A stretch of DNA of 64,000 nt, taken from positions 62,001 through 126,000 of the forward strand of contig NIVC01000224.1 in assembly GCA_002269645.1 (NCBI GenBank), written 5' to 3'. A program made the translations under genes and the position numbers. A model generated the notes under the pieces. The model made no database searches. It saw nothing but the letters and a program-made list of their open reading frames with translations, and was not told the DNA's origin. This document shows positions 46,838-60,355 of the stretch, piece after piece (within the stretch, counting starts at the first letter, position 1; every line of letters begins with the position of its first letter). Origin of the DNA: Macrostomum lignano. Taxonomy: Eukaryota.

Positions 46838-48164
46838 AGGGAGAGAGAGAGAGAGAGAAAGGAAAGGGAGAGAGAGAGAAAGAGAGAGAGGAAGGGAGAG
46901 AGAGAGGAGGAGGGAGAGAGAGAGAGAAAGAGAGAGAGAGAGAAGAGAGAGAGAAAGGGAGAGAGGAAGGGAGAGAGAGAGAGAGAGGAAGGGAGAGAGA
47001 GAGAAAGAGAGAGAGAGAGAAAGAGAGAGAGAAAAAGAGAGAGAGGAAGGGAGAGAGAGAGAGGACTTTTGACTTGACTCAGCTGCAGGGGGCATCATCC
47101 GGCGGATGCAGCGAGGAGGCGGAGGAGACCGCCCATTCCGCTAGCCCCTGGCGACCAATGACTTCCGTCGAAGCGATGTCGCTCAGGGGGGACCCGTCGG
47201 TCTCGCCCGCAGCGCGGTCCTCCTCACCGGCGGTGGGGAAGAACTCAGCTCGTCCCGTGTCCCTGAGAGAGGAAGGGAGACAGTGAGATGGTTAGACAGA
47301 CTGATAGAAGAGGAGTGCAAGTGAGATAGAGGTCACATGAAGGTCACAATGGAGTGCCGCGGCAGAGCAAAGACAAAAGCGAAGCAATCAGCACACTGGC
47401 AAACACGTCCAAACTCTCCTCACTTAGAGCAGAATAAGCTCTAGAAGCAGAAATTTGACTCGAAGAAGAAAAAAGAATTCTGTGTTTGAAGAGTAAAATA
47501 ATGAGAAATGAGGCTGGGACTGGGACTGGGGTTCGATCCTTTCCGGAGGGTTCTCAAAGTTTGAGCTTGAGCCCAGACCCCGGCATATTACTATGGTCAG
47601 CCTTAATTCCCAAGGCGGGAAAACTTCCTCTTGGGTAGCGGCGAGATTATCCCCGTATCGACTGAAACTATCCATGTGTACAGTATTTTCACTAAGCAGT
47701 CTCACAGTTACTAAGAGTCAGTTTACTCACTCGCGCTATCTTCCTTTTTTTACTTCTTTTCGACAACAAGTTATACGAGAGTACGGCTATGCTGACTTCT
47801 TTATCCAATGCCATGTGATTAGGGGCGCAGCCGGAGATCCCCTGCGGGCTGGGGGGTCTGAGATGGGATCCAAATCCCACGCAGTGCTTCAACCCCAGCA
47901 GCTCCAACCACAGATGATTATGCTGATGAAAGTGCATCGCATAGAGTTTGAAAATATTCTTGACTTCGAGTTGAGTTTCCGTTACTCAACCAAGCGAGGA
48001 TTAGCAAACGGGACGGGTGGCTTCTCTAGACTGTTGCTATGCGGTTGCCATGCGATCTTTTCGTTGGTTCCGGCTGCTGCAGCTGGAATAGCTGGGCTAG
48101 TGTGAGAACTGTTCTATAATCTTACTAAAAGCTTATTTATGTTATAAATTGCTAATGAATGGAA

Positions 48165-48735
48165 TGCTTATCAATCGAATGGATTGCTAATCTATAGAAT
48201 GGATTGCTAATCTATAGAATGGATTGCTAAACTATAGAATGGATTGCTAACCTATAGAATGGATTGCTAATCTATAGAATGGATTGCTAATCTATAGAAT
48301 GGATTGCTAACCTATAGAATGGATTGCTAATCTATAGAATGGATTGCTAATCTATAGAATGGATTGCTAATCTATAGAATGGATTGCTAATCTATAGAAT
48401 GGAGTGCTAATCTATAGAATGGATTGCTAATCTATAGAATGGATTGCTAGTCTATAGAATGGATTGCTAGTCTATAAAATGGATTGCTAATCTATAGAAG
48501 GGATTGCTAATCTATAGAATGGATTGCTAACCTATAGAATGGATTGCTAATCTATAGAATGGATTGCTAATCTATAGAATGGATTGCTAATCTATAGAAT
48601 GGATGGCCAATCTATAGAATGGATTGCTAATCTATAGAATGGATTGCTAATCTATAGAATGGATTGATAATCTATAGAATGGATTGCTAATCTATAGAAT
48701 GGATTGCTAATCGATATACTGGATGGCTAATATAT
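48165..48735 (+). repeat. Third array of the 20-bp TAGAATGGATTGCTAATCTA satellite
   Basis: Seen directly. Confidence 0.97.
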
Positions 48736-49279
48736 AGCATATGTATTATACAATGTATTTCGTACATCGAACGTTGCTTCATAACATCTGGTATCCTACA
48801 AGTTCGCATACAAGCGTGTACTTGTATACTAATGCATCGTGTCAGCTTTATGACTCTCTAATGCGCAGTTCCATAAATTTGAAGCTTCGGTTCATTAGTA
48901 TAGTAGTATGCTAGTAGCACAGCTAAAGTCCTCGGTCAATAGACTACTCCCCATGACAAAAGGAATCCCGAGTGCACCAGGTGCGTCTTGCAGCTGTCAG
49001 ACGCATTGACTTGACTATCTGACACTCAAGTACTCATAAGTTGTTGAGTTTTGCTGCTAGGAGGATTACGGCTAGGGAAGTGTGTACAGTCCACGACGTG
49101 CCAAGTTTGTTAAACTTTTACTCTCTGTTACGCTGTTTAGGTCCAGTTCGTGAATTTATTCGTTTCAGACTTGTAGGGAAATTTTTGACAGATAAAATTT
49201 ATTTGGTAGGTTACGGATGAGATTTTCTTTAGTAAAATTATTTTTTTGCTTGAGTTAAAATACCTTAAGGTAAAGACGA

Positions 49280-50060
49280 CGTGAGGAGAGGAAGAGAGGG
49301 AGAGGTAGAGAGGGCAATGGTAAAGAGGGGAGAGGTGGGGTGAAGAGGGAGAGGGAGACAGGGAGAGAGAGAGGGGGAGGGAGAGAGGAGGGAGGTAGAG
49401 AGGGGGGGTAAAAAAGGGAGAGGTAGAGAAGGAAGAGGTAGATGGGTAGAGAGAGGAGAGGTAGAGAGGGGAGAGAGGGGAGAGGTAGAGAGGGGAGAGG
49501 TAGAGTGGGGACAGAGGGGATAGGTAGAGAGAGAGAGGTAGAGAGGGGAGAGAGGGGATAGGTAGAGAGAGGAGAGGTAGAGAGGGGAGAGAGGGGAGAG
49601 GTAGAGGGGAGAGAGGGGAGAGGTAGAGAGGGGAGAGAGGGGAGAGGTAGAGAGGGAAGAGAGGGGATAGGTAGAGAGAGGAGAGGTAGAGAGGGAACAG
49701 AGGGGAGAGGTAGAGAGGGGACAGAGGGGAGAGGTAGAGAGGGGAGAGAGGGGAGAGGTAGAGAGGGGACAGAGGGGAGAGGTAGAGAGGGGAGAGAGGG
49801 GAGAGGTAGAGAGGGGAGAGAGGGGAGAGGTAGAGAGGGGACAGAGGGGAGAGGTAGAGAGGGGAGAGAGGGGAGAGGTAGAGAGGGGAGAGAGGGGAGA
49901 GGTAGAGAGGGACAGAGGGGAGAGGTAGAGAGGGGAGAGAGGGGAGAGGTAGAGAGGGGACAGAGGGGAGAGGTAGAGAGGGGAGAGAGGGGAGAGGTAG
50001 AGAGAGGAGAGGGGAGAGGTAGAGAGGGAAGGTAGAGAGTGAGAGAAGGGAGGGAAGAAG
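49280..50060 (+). repeat. Polypurine 24-bp minisatellite (GGGGAGAGAGGGGAGAGGTAGAGA)
   Basis: Seen directly. Confidence 0.92.
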
Positions 50061-50569
50061 AGTGATGTATTAATGACAGACAGGCAGACTGGTTGATATT
50101 CCTGAAGTCAATATAAAAAATATTTGAGATGTGCTCAGAAACTTATCACGCTTTGCCAAATATATTTTCTATATTAGGGCAACCTTAAAGTATTTTCAAT
50201 AATGCAAGTGCAGGACAGCCAATTCTCGTGAATAAGCTGTTGCAAAATTGTAATTCAAGTCTTCTTTATCAGCTCGTCAAGAGAGCCAATTTTTTTGGGC
50301 GTCTTATTTGGCCTCGAAAGAGAAGATTCGGTGGGAGAGAGGGAGAGAGGGAGAGAGAGGAAGAGACAACGAATTCGAACGATTGGAAACGACTCAAATT
50401 TCAGGCGTGGTGCTTCTTCCACCGATAAGCCAGTATTCCCATGCCTGGTGGTCACCAATAGCCTTTTTATTGCTTACCAAGTTATTTAAGTACACATGCC
50501 AAATGCTTCTGCTTCCGAGTTTCTCTCTTAAAACTAATGGAAAAGACATTTGAGAATGAGTACTACATG

Positions 50570-51170
50570 ACCTTCCTTCTTACCCTCTCTCCCTTCTCTC
50601 TACGTACTCTACTCTCCCTCTACTTTCTCTCCCCTCTCCCCTCTACCCTCTCTTCCTTCTCCCTCAACCCTCTCTTCCCTCTCCCCTCCCTCTCCCCTCT
50701 TCCCATTCCTCCTGCACTCTCTCCCTTTTCCCGATTCCTTCTACCCTTTCTCTCTACTCCCCATTCCTTCTTTTGTAAAGCAGGAGACGGAGATTTTAAT
50801 GGATTTTTCTCTTGCATTCTTATAATGATTTTCCACTTTCATCTCCCCTCTCATCTCCCCCTCTCATCTCCCCCTCTCATCTCCCCCGTCTCATCTCCCC
50901 CTCTCATCTCACCTCTCATCTCCCCCTCTCCCCCTCTCACCCTCCCTTTCTCTCTACTCCCCATTCCTTATACCCTTTTTCCCTATTCCACATTCCTTCT
51001 ACCCTTTCTGCCTATTCCACATTCCTTCTACCCTTTCTCCCTATTCCTCATTCCTTCTACCCTTTCTCCCTACTCCCCATTCCTTCTACTCTCTCTCTCC
51101 CCCTCTACCCTCTATATGCCTTCTTCCCTGTATCTACTCCTCTCTGTCACTTTTTTCTTTCTCACTATCG
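50570..51170 (+). repeat. Polypyrimidine low-complexity tract with CTCATCTCCCC and CCATTCCTTCTACCCT repeats
   Basis: Seen directly. Confidence 0.85.
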
Positions 51171-51549
51171 CATGAATAGCGCACTTCACTCAGTTGAACT
51201 GGCACTCAGTTGAGCAGTTAGCAGTTTCTCTCTATATACTTCTTCAACCTCACACCCGCCCACACGGGTCTCTTTTGCAGCAACATCAATGCAGTTTAGC
51301 TGTTCTACTCAGAAAAATGCATTGAATCAGCAGTTTTTTACAGAGGTTTTATAAAAGCTTTTCATCAACTTTAGAGGTTTATTAATAATGAATAGCACCG
51401 CTCTGAGAGTATGGATGCTAATTTTATGCTAATTTTATCGTAGAGGCGACGGGCTAGCAGAATTGGTTGTGTGAAAATGTTGGGAAGAAAACTAAGAATG
51501 ATTCAGCATGAAGCCAAGATGGTCACTGAGACGGTCTTAGCGTCGTTGT

Positions 51550-52350
51550 TGCCTTGGTGTCTTGGTATCTTGGTGCCTTGGTGTCTTGGTTTCTTGGTGC
51601 CTTGGTGTCTTAGTGTCTTAGTGCCTTGGTGTCTTGGTGTCTTGGTGTCTTCGTGTCTTGGTGTCTTGGTGCCTTAGTGTCTTGGTGACTTGATGCCTTG
51701 GTGTCTTGGTATCTTGGTGCCTTGGTGTCTTGGTGTCTTGGTGTCTTGGTATCTTGGTGTCTTGGTGTCTTGGTGTCTTCGTGTCTTGGTGTCTTGGTGT
51801 CTTGGTGCCTTAGTGTCTTAGTGCCTTGGTGCCTTGGTGTCTTGGTGTCTTGGTGTCTTCGTGTCTTGGTGTCTTGGTGCCTTAGTGTCTTGGTGACTTG
51901 ATGCCTTGGTGTCTTGGTATCTTGGTGCCTTGGTGTCTTGGTGTCTTGGTGTCTTGGTGCCTTGGTGCCTTGGTGTCTTGGTGTCTTGGTGCCTTGGTGT
52001 TTTGGTGTCTTGGTGCCTTGGTGCCTTGGTGTCTTGGTGTCTTGGTGCCTTGGTGTTTTGGTGTCTTGGTGCCTTGGTGTCTTGGTGTCTTGGTGACTTG
52101 ATGCCTTGGTGTCTTGGTATCTTGGTGCCTTGGTGCCTTGGTGTCTTGGTGTCTTGGTGCCTTGGTGTCTTGGTGTCTTGGTGCCTTGGTGTCTTGGTGC
52201 CTTGGTGTCTTGGTGTCTTGGTGTTTTGATGTCTTAGTGTCTTAGTGTCCTGGTGTCTTGGTGTCTTAGTGTCTTAGGGTCTTAATGCCTAGGTGTGTCC
52301 TGGTGTCTTGGTGTCTTAGTGTCTTAGGGTCTTAATGCCTAGGTGTGTCT
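51550..52350. repeat. 8-bp satellite (CTTGGTGY)n
   Basis: Seen directly. Confidence 0.96.
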
Positions 52351-52929
52351 TTGTATCTGTCTTAGTATCTTAGCATACTAGTGTTTATCTTCGTGTCTGG
52401 GTGTGTGCGTTAGTATCATTGTGACTTTCGCATATTATTAGTTTGTGTTGCACAGTATCATTGCTGCAGATGAGAGCTACCAGTATAATAATCTGTTCGC
52501 ATGCGCTTCATATTTGAAGATTAATGCGTGTCATTTATTTAGCCCGAAGTAGTCAGGCCATGCTGGCGCGGTCTTAGCCGAATAATTGAGAGGTCTGGCG
52601 CGATGTGTTCTGATTTTGCCTGGATTAGCCCTGTAAATAGAGAGAAGAAGAGTGTTGAACTTGGAAGGGGGGTTGTTGGCGTGGGCTAGCGTCAGTGTCG
52701 ATTTCTCTCGCTCGCACGCCTGTGACAAGGAGTTCTTAAACGAGAAGTCTGGAGTGCCACTCCATAAAATTTGATCTCTTTAACAAGTATCAGTTCTTAC
52801 CGAACTGAAGTTAACAGTCAGGAGGTCCTACAGCAGAAGTCGACAAACTCCGGCCCGCCAAGTTTCTCCATCCGGCCCTCGAGTTCTTTAAAACTTCTCA
52901 CAATAGCAATTCGGCCCGTTTAAGATTTG

Positions 52930-53765
52930 TGTCTCTTCTCAGCTCTCTTCTCTTTTCTCATCTCTCTCCTCTTCTCTCCACTCTTTCCTATCCATTTTCT
53001 CCTCTCCTCTCTAGTTTCTCCCCTTCTCTCCTCTCTCCTCTCTTCTATTCTCTCTTCTCTTCTCTCCTCTCTCTTCTCTCCTTTTGTCTCCTTTCTCTTC
53101 TCTCCTCTCCCTTCTCTCCTATCTCTTCTCTACATTCTTTAATCTCTATTTTCTCTTCTCCTCTTTCTTCCTCTTCTCTCCTCTCTCTTCTCTCTTCTCT
53201 CTTCTCTCTTCTCTCCTCTCTCTTCTCTCTTCTCTCTTCTCTCTTCTCTCCTTTCTCTTCTCTCTTCTCTCTTCTCTTCTCTCTTCTCTCCTCTCCTTTC
53301 TCTCCTCTCCCTTCTCTCCTCTCCCTTCTCTCCTTTCTCTTCTCTCTTCTCTCCTCTCCCTTCTCTCCTTTCTATTCTGTCTTCTCTCTTCTCTCCTCTA
53401 CCTTCTCTCCTATCTCTTCTCTACATTCTTTAATCTCTATTTTATCTTCTCCTCTTTCTTCCTCTTCTCTCCTCTCTCTTCTCTCCTTTTGTCTCCTCTC
53501 TCTTCTCTCCTCTTTTTTCTCTCCTCTCTCTTCTCTCTTCTCTCTTCTCTCTTCTCTCTTCTCTCTTCTCTCTTCTCCCTTCTCTCCTCTCCCTTCTCTC
53601 CTCTCCCTTCTCTCCTCTCCCTTCTCTCCTCTCCCTTCTCTCCTCTCCCTTCTCTCCTCTCCCTTCTCTCCTCTCTCTTCTCTACATTCTTTACTCTCTA
53701 TTTTCTCTTCTCCTCTTTCTTCCTCTCCTCTCCTCTCTCCTTTCTCCTATCTCTCTTCTCTCCCT
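52930..53765. repeat. (CTCTT/CTCC)n polypyrimidine tract; a related tract lies at 54470-54710
   Basis: Seen directly. Confidence 0.93.
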
Positions 53766-55504
53766 TACTCTGACCTGCAGTAATGCGCTAGGCTCTCTCA
53801 GACCCTTGGAGGTAAAAAAGTTTGTTGACCCTTGCCTTACAGTAAGAAGATAATTTAAATCCAGACTCTTATTCACGGGTCTCCTTGGCTAGAGAGAGAG
53901 AAAGGGGCTGAAGATTTCGTAAAATCACGGTGCTTCGCCTAGATCGTATATGCATAAACCGTATAGTCGTTTTCGGGGCTGTTAAGAGGCCGAGGGGTAG
54001 GGGGGAGCTGCAGTCTTCGGGAAAACAAGGAAGAGGGGTGAGGGGAGAAGGCGAGGAAAGAAGGGGGTGTCGGCGCTGGGTGCAGCACGCGAGAATGGCA
54101 GCCACTGCCACCAGAAGCAGAAGCTAAGCATGCACACGCGCGGCTATTGCTAACCTTTTTAGGCATGAGAGCTCCTGACAGGGACAAATTACCTTCTTGC
54201 GCAGATTTTTTTCAAGGCTTTTTACCTCCAATTTCCCTTGCTTGTTACTCCTGCAGTTGCTACCCGGTTGCAGCTGGATTCGTGTTGTCTGTTTTGCAAC
54301 TGACCTCATTGTACTTTCTTATTGTGAATCAACATCCATGGCGTAGTCTGGTGTTTCTTCTTGATCATAAGCAGAGGTTAGCATTCTCCGGCCCGCGAAG
54401 CCTCTCTATCCGGATCTCGGGTCCTTTAAAACTTCATAATAGCAATTCGACCACGCTCAAGGTTTGATATCTTCTCATGTACCTTTTCTCAGTTCTTTCC
54501 TTTCTCTCCTCTCCTCTCTCCTCTATTCTCCTCTCCTCTCCTCTCAGCTCTCGATCCTCTCCTCTCCTCTCCTCCTCTCTCCTCTATTGTCTCTTCTCCT
54601 CTCATCTAATCTCGTCTCAACTTGTCTCCTCTCTTCTCCTTTCTTTTCCTCTCCTCTCGTCTCGTCTTGTGTCCTCTCCTCTTCTCTCCTCTTTTCCCTC
54701 TTCGCCTCTTAGTTTAGCAGTTTAGCTAGTTTAGCTAAATACCACAGCGTATAAAACAAAGTTAAAACACACTTGGTCGCGTTTTCAAAAGGAAGAAGTG
54801 AACATGTGATAAATGTAGGTTTATACGGGCATCGCAAAAATGAAAAATACATGTAATTCAAGCTTTTTGCACTTCGCTTTAAGCTGTAGCTAGGATACTC
54901 GTAGTTTAACAACAAATGCCTTCTCTTCTCTTCTGTATCATTGTCGTCGCACTTCTCTCCCACTTTCATCATCGGGCCTACAAAGACTTCAAACGAAAGC
55001 GAATCCGAAATCTTTGATAAATTCTTGCCAAGCAACTGAGGGCCATTCGATACACTTGAGGCAGGTCAAAGTGGCTCCACTATAAAGTATAGTTTGCTTA
55101 CAAAAGCATGCAAAAACTCACTGTTCGACAGAGCCACAGAAAATATGAAGGCCTGTCGCTTTTTTAGCTTCTGAAGTATCATAATTTCGAAACTGTGTGC
55201 GCAAGAGCAGAGCCTATAGCGACTGGCCTAGATGGCAAGAATTTGTTTGCAGAATTGCTTCGTCTTCGTATATCCCCTGCATCCCAGTACAAAGCTATAT
55301 AAAGCAGCGAGTTCGACTGCTAAACTGAAGCTTTCCATTCTTGTCTCGATCTGTCTGTCTGTCTGTCCTATTCTTCAGTTCGACGACCGCGCCTGACTTG
55401 TATATAATAAGCACAGTAAACAAAGCTGATCCGGCAAAGCTTCACTTTTTACCCCCTCTAACATTGGCAGGCAAAAAAGCTGACTGTGTCGAATTTTACC
55501 AGCA

Positions 55505-56791
55505 ATGCTGAACGCAACAACGAATTTTGATGCGCTACTACAAAATGACACGGAGAACTTGCAGAGCAAGTACAAAACTCTGGTTGCGCTGTACGCCAGA
55601 TTCGCTCCGTCAATCCTGATTGTTGATCGAAGCATCACTCCGTTTTGGTATTTCCTCGGCTTATTTGGCAACTTATTGAGCGCCTACGTCTGGATGCATC
55701 CGAGAGTGCGACGGAAAAACTCGTCAGCCGTGTACCTGGCGGCTCTGTCCGTCTGGGACTTGATCTTCCTGGCTCTGCACCCGTTCCAGGAGGTGCGAGA
55801 GGCCTGGATGGGTATTTCCGAGAACTCCTTACTTGACTGCGGCCTGTTGCACATCCCGTTGCTAACAGCCCAGTACATGTCGCCTGTACTAGTGCTCTGT
55901 TTCACCGTGGAACGCTGGATTGCAATTTGGTTTCCGTTTAAACGAGACTCGTTGTGCACCCCAAAACGAGCCTGCATCGTGACAGTAGTTATGATTTGCA
56001 TCGTATTTTTCTATAATCTCATCCAGTTGAAGTTTCGTCGCTACGACTACGAATTGTCAGTGTGCATTGTCAACACCCAGGCTGTTGAATGGACGGTCTA
56101 CACGTCTATTAGCGAAATAATTTTCTCGGGGTTTGTGCCAATAAGTGCTCTGGTGTTTAATCTTTTGGTCGCAATCGAGCTCTACCGAATCACGGTTGGC
56201 AACAAGCACATGATGCCTAACGGAGACGGCGGCGACGCCAGTGCTGAGAGAAAGTTCCGTTCGACCACTTTGATGCTGTTGTGCGTGTCCTTCTTTGTCA
56301 TCGTCACCTCGCTACCAGCTGGCCTGCTGTACGCTCTGCAGAATCAAAACTACGGCAATGTCACACTGACAGATAGCGAGGTTGAGCAGGACAGCACCTG
56401 GCAGAGCTATTTCAGCGCCACACTGACTAAAAAGATTGTTGACGAATTGTCAATATCGCATTATTCGTTGAATTTTGTGATCTACCTGCTCACTGGACCG
56501 CAGTACCGGATGTACGCGCATCAGCTGCTCAGCTCCATCTTCGGCGGTTGCTGCCGACTCATCCGTGGACGTGTGGGGCAGCCCAAGGAGCAGCTCAAAC
56601 AGCGGGAAGATTATTATTTCAATAATAGCCGAACAAACCGGGCTAAGCGTCTCAGCGAGCGAAATTCGACAATGTCGGGAACGCACGCCACGGCTGTTGG
56701 ACGCGGATCGGCGGAACTCGACGGCGCAACGACAGGGACGGGCGGCGACACGAACGCTCTAAGTCCGTTAATTGTCAAGAGTACCGTCTGA
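55505..56791 (+). CDS. Intronless rhodopsin-like (class A) GPCR, probably of the neuropeptide (FMRFamide/myosuppressin/sex-peptide-receptor-like) group
   Basis: 428 aa with seven hydrophobic segments. Motifs GNLLS (TM1), YLAALSVWD (TM2), Cys + FTVERWIAIWFPF (TM3 E/DRY), FVP (TM5), TSLP (TM6), NFVIY (TM7 NxxxY), and N-terminal NxT sequons. Confidence 0.93.
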   Translation: MLNATTNFDALLQNDTENLQSKYKTLVALYARFAPSILIVDRSITPFWYFLGLFGNLLSAYVWMHPRVRRKNSSAVYLAALSVWDLIFLALHPFQEVREAWMGISENSLLDCGLLHIPLLTAQYMSPVLVLCFTVERWIAIWFPFKRDSLCTPKRACIVTVVMICIVFFYNLIQLKFRRYDYELSVCIVNTQAVEWTVYTSISEIIFSGFVPISALVFNLLVAIELYRITVGNKHMMPNGDGGDASAERKFRSTTLMLLCVSFFVIVTSLPAGLLYALQNQNYGNVTLTDSEVEQDSTWQSYFSATLTKKIVDELSISHYSLNFVIYLLTGPQYRMYAHQLLSSIFGGCCRLIRGRVGQPKEQLKQREDYYFNNSRTNRAKRLSERNSTMSGTHATAVGRGSAELDGATTGTGGDTNALSPLIVKSTV

Positions 56792-58009
56792 GGCTTATCA
56801 TTAAATATTTTAAAAACTAATTATGCTCTGTAACTAGTCCTACTCAGCAGCTTAAGTCGGTTTGAATGTTTGTATAAAGACTTCGCTTTTCAAACATTAT
56901 CAGTTTTGTTGTTGGTCTCAAAATCGTTGAAAACTGGGTCAATTTTCATGAAAGAACTACATGGTTAACGTAATCAAAGCGCGATTGTTTGGAAAGTTAA
57001 TCACCAGCACAGCGTGTTTAAGCTTAGCAATTCAATGAAATCCCTTTCTTATTATGCTGTATTTGCTGCTTATGTACCTATCTTTAGTACCTGAAATGCA
57101 CTTTTACTGTACTACTTAATTAACTTGGTGTAAATACATTTTTCACATGCAATTCTTGGTCTATTCAATCAAAATCCTCGCCGCAGCTCGTGAGACTGAA
57201 AAACGCCCAATAAAAGACAGGCCTCTGCTGTAGGTACTTCATAAATTACGCATTAACTTCAGCTTATATAAATACTGTTTCACAACGTGTTCTGTGTGCC
57301 TGAGAGCATTCAGAATCCATTCATTTTGCTTATTTTGCGACACCAGTGCTTATTTCATTACTTATTATTATTATCTCATAAATTCGAAGAACCAAAGAAA
57401 TAATGCAGTTCTCTGTATCCATTGTTGCACACAATTATTTTTCAAATTGGTCAAATATTTTTTTAAAATCTGTCCTGCACTATATACTTTGAACAGTTTT
57501 CTATTTCACGCTTAAATTGTTTAAAAACACAAAATAAAAATACACGCGTTTTTTCCCGCCATTTCTTCAGTATCAACTCTGTTAAAATTGCTAATATATT
57601 TCACCACCAGGCCTAATGCTACCGTCGACTTTCAGTGTGCAGTACAACTAACATTCCAAACCTGACCAACCGCGTCACAACACCGGAACATTCCGACAGT
57701 ACTCTATATATAGTGAATTCAAAATAACATACTCGTAGTATAACTAATGCAAAATTCTGTAATTGTTTCTCATAGCAAATGCTAATGCAGGTTTCTGTAG
57801 TTTTAAAGAACACAGCTCGTCAAAACACTGCAAGTTGTACAGGTCATTGACTACTGACACAGAAGGACGGTTGGAGCTGGAGGCCAAGTTAATTCCGCTA
57901 CAAAATGCAATCGCGAGATGGGAACTTTTCGGCTTGTTACAGAACTGAATTACATGTACCAATATCTGATCACCTTCTGGGCTTTCAAATTGTACATGTA
58001 AATATGGCT

Positions 58010-58290
58010 AATCCATCTACACAATATCTACCATTGTCTATTACAAAACCATCTACACAATATCTACCATTCTCTATGACAAAACCATCTACACAATATC
58101 TACCACTGTCTATGACAAAAACATCTACACAATATCTACCATTGTCTATGGCAAAACCATCTACACAATATCTACCATTGTCTATGACAAGGCCATATGC
58201 AAAATCTCTGCCATTGTCTATGACAAGGCCATATGCAAAATCTCTGCCATTGTCTATGACAAGGCCATATGCAAAGCACATTGTCTCATG
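58010..58290. repeat. 36-bp minisatellite, about 8 copies in two variant types
   Basis: CCATTGTCTATGACAA... units read directly. Confidence 0.9.
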
Positions 58291-59867
58291 AATTTAGTTT
58301 TCGTAGCCATCTAAACGCAATGATTTCGAATCATAGCGTACCTAGCTACATGCACATGCAGTGTCGAAGCTGTGTGCGTTAATTGCCTTTTTCCATGTTG
58401 ATTGACTTTCTTTCAAGAATTTCTAGACACGTGCACTTGATTGATTTGGAATTCAAAAGTCTAGATGCGATCATATTGGGAATATCTCAATCTTCCAAAG
58501 CATCCTTCTGCTTCAGCTATTTATGTTTCCATACCTTTTTTAATTAAACTAACTTATAATACAGGATCAAATAAATTCCATTAAACTTGAAGTCTTCTTA
58601 CTACATGCAAGATATACGCTCGAAGTACGCTGTTTTCCAAGCCTCGCACCGTTTATTATTATATTTTATCTACTGTTGGCTACATGTCATATGGATTACT
58701 GAAAACCTGAATAACCGTTTAGTAAGAGTGACAATTTGAAATTGTCAATGCTTATTCAAAAAAGCCATTCATCATTATCCATTCTATACTTTGTTTGAAC
58801 AAACAACACGTGTACAATTCTGCCTAAAGCTTAGACTCTGCTGTCTTCATATTCACGTAGTTATGTATACAAGAGGCACCACGAAAATACAAGTCTAAGA
58901 AGCACTAAGAAGCCTCATGGCAGTTAAAGACTATTCCAGTTAAAAATGACCGCGCGTAACGTCAGTTTCCACTGAAAGGAATGCAGCAGCTGAACCATGT
59001 CGATTCTTGCGTCACCCACTGCAAATGGAATGCCTCGATTGAATGCTGTTGTCATTAATAATTATAACACGAGCGTAGCTATATGCAGACATATACCTAG
59101 CCTGCGATCCAATCGAGACAAAAGTCTAGCAAGAACTTCCCCGCTTGCAGGGTCATGAAGAGAGAGAACTTTTCTAGCTATAGCCAGAAAAGGACGCTAA
59201 AGAAGAAGAGAGTCAAGAGAGGAAAAAGATTTTCTAGTTCAAAAGCGAGCATCAACTGTTGAGATGCGCCTTCTGAATAATAATTACCTGCATGAGAGTA
59301 GGCAACCTCTAATTATACTTGGCACTCAGACGAACCTCACTGAGACTTACATAAGAGCTAAAGAAGCAAGAAGTATCCATCGTTTCTTTTGTTTGACAGA
59401 AGTCGGCAGTGCAATTTGATTCCACAAGCCCAATTTCTATGTATTCTTTTTAAGCCGAACGATACACGATCCAAGTCACCTGCATGGTGTCACTGAAGTT
59501 TATAGGCAAAGCTTACACTACAGAACATTTGCTTTTATTCTTCAGTCTATACCTGTCTGTAGCTACGAGCCGTATCTGCTTTCAAGTTTAAATGCGAAAA
59601 GAGAATTAAAATTGCTACCAGTCGAGCTCGAGAATGTACTCAAGAAAGAACTAATGTAAAAAAAAGTCATGTTTTTGTATAGCATATGACTTTTCTGAAG
59701 AGTCCATTTGGTTATTGGACACAATTGATTTATGAATTTTGGTCTAATTTATGCATTATGAGCTGTCTGTAGCTCTGTAATGGCTGATCTTGTCCATTTT
59801 TTCTGTCTGTAAAGTGAATGCGCTCGTGTATTGCATTGTTAATTACCAAGCATAGTTTACTGTTCTA

Positions 59868-60130
59868 TTGACTAGATTAAATTAGCAATCCATTCTGTAG
59901 GTTAGCAATCCATTCTATAGATTGAAAATCCAATCTATAGATTAGCAATCCATTTATTAGATTTGCAGTCCATTGTATAGATTAGCAATCCATTTATTAG
60001 ATTTGCAGTCCATTGTATAGATTAGCAATCCATTGTACCGTATAGATTAGCAATCCAGTCTATAGATTAGCAATCCAGTCTATAGATTAGCAATATAGTC
60101 TATAGATTAGCAATCTAGTCTATAGATTAG
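59868..60130 (-). repeat. Fourth, degenerate array of the 20-bp satellite in reverse orientation, abutting the LTR
   Basis: TAGATTAGCAATCCATT is the reverse complement of the 30121 unit. Confidence 0.9.
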
Positions 60131-60355
60131 TGTAGAGAGCGAAGCCGAGAGAGAGAAAGTTATGTGTTGTGTGTAGCCGATAAAGCCTCAATCTATTGTA
60201 GGCTCTGTGCGATCGATTTATATATTTAGCAGCGACCCTGCAGTTGAGACTGCGTACATTAAAAACAGAAAGCCAAGAATATTGGATGTACATCGGAAAT
60301 GCACACCAGGACTAAAAACACTTATTTTGCAAGCACTGGGCAGCAGGTGCCTACA
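60131..60355 (-). repeat. 3' LTR (225 bp) with polypurine tract at 60356-60368
   Basis: Minus strand reads GGTTGGGGAGAAT|TGTAG...CTACA, with 5-bp inverted TG..CA termini. The 5' LTR is outside the window, so identity cannot be confirmed. Confidence 0.75.

Noticed and set aside
47593-48105. 170-aa plus-strand ORF and overlapping minus-strand ORFs
   Set aside because: No recognisable domain and no consistent splice chain could be established.
51471-58291. WCLGV, SLLS and TKPSTQYLPLS repeat ORFs
   Set aside because: Translations of 8-bp, pyrimidine and 36-bp tandem repeats with no support as exons.
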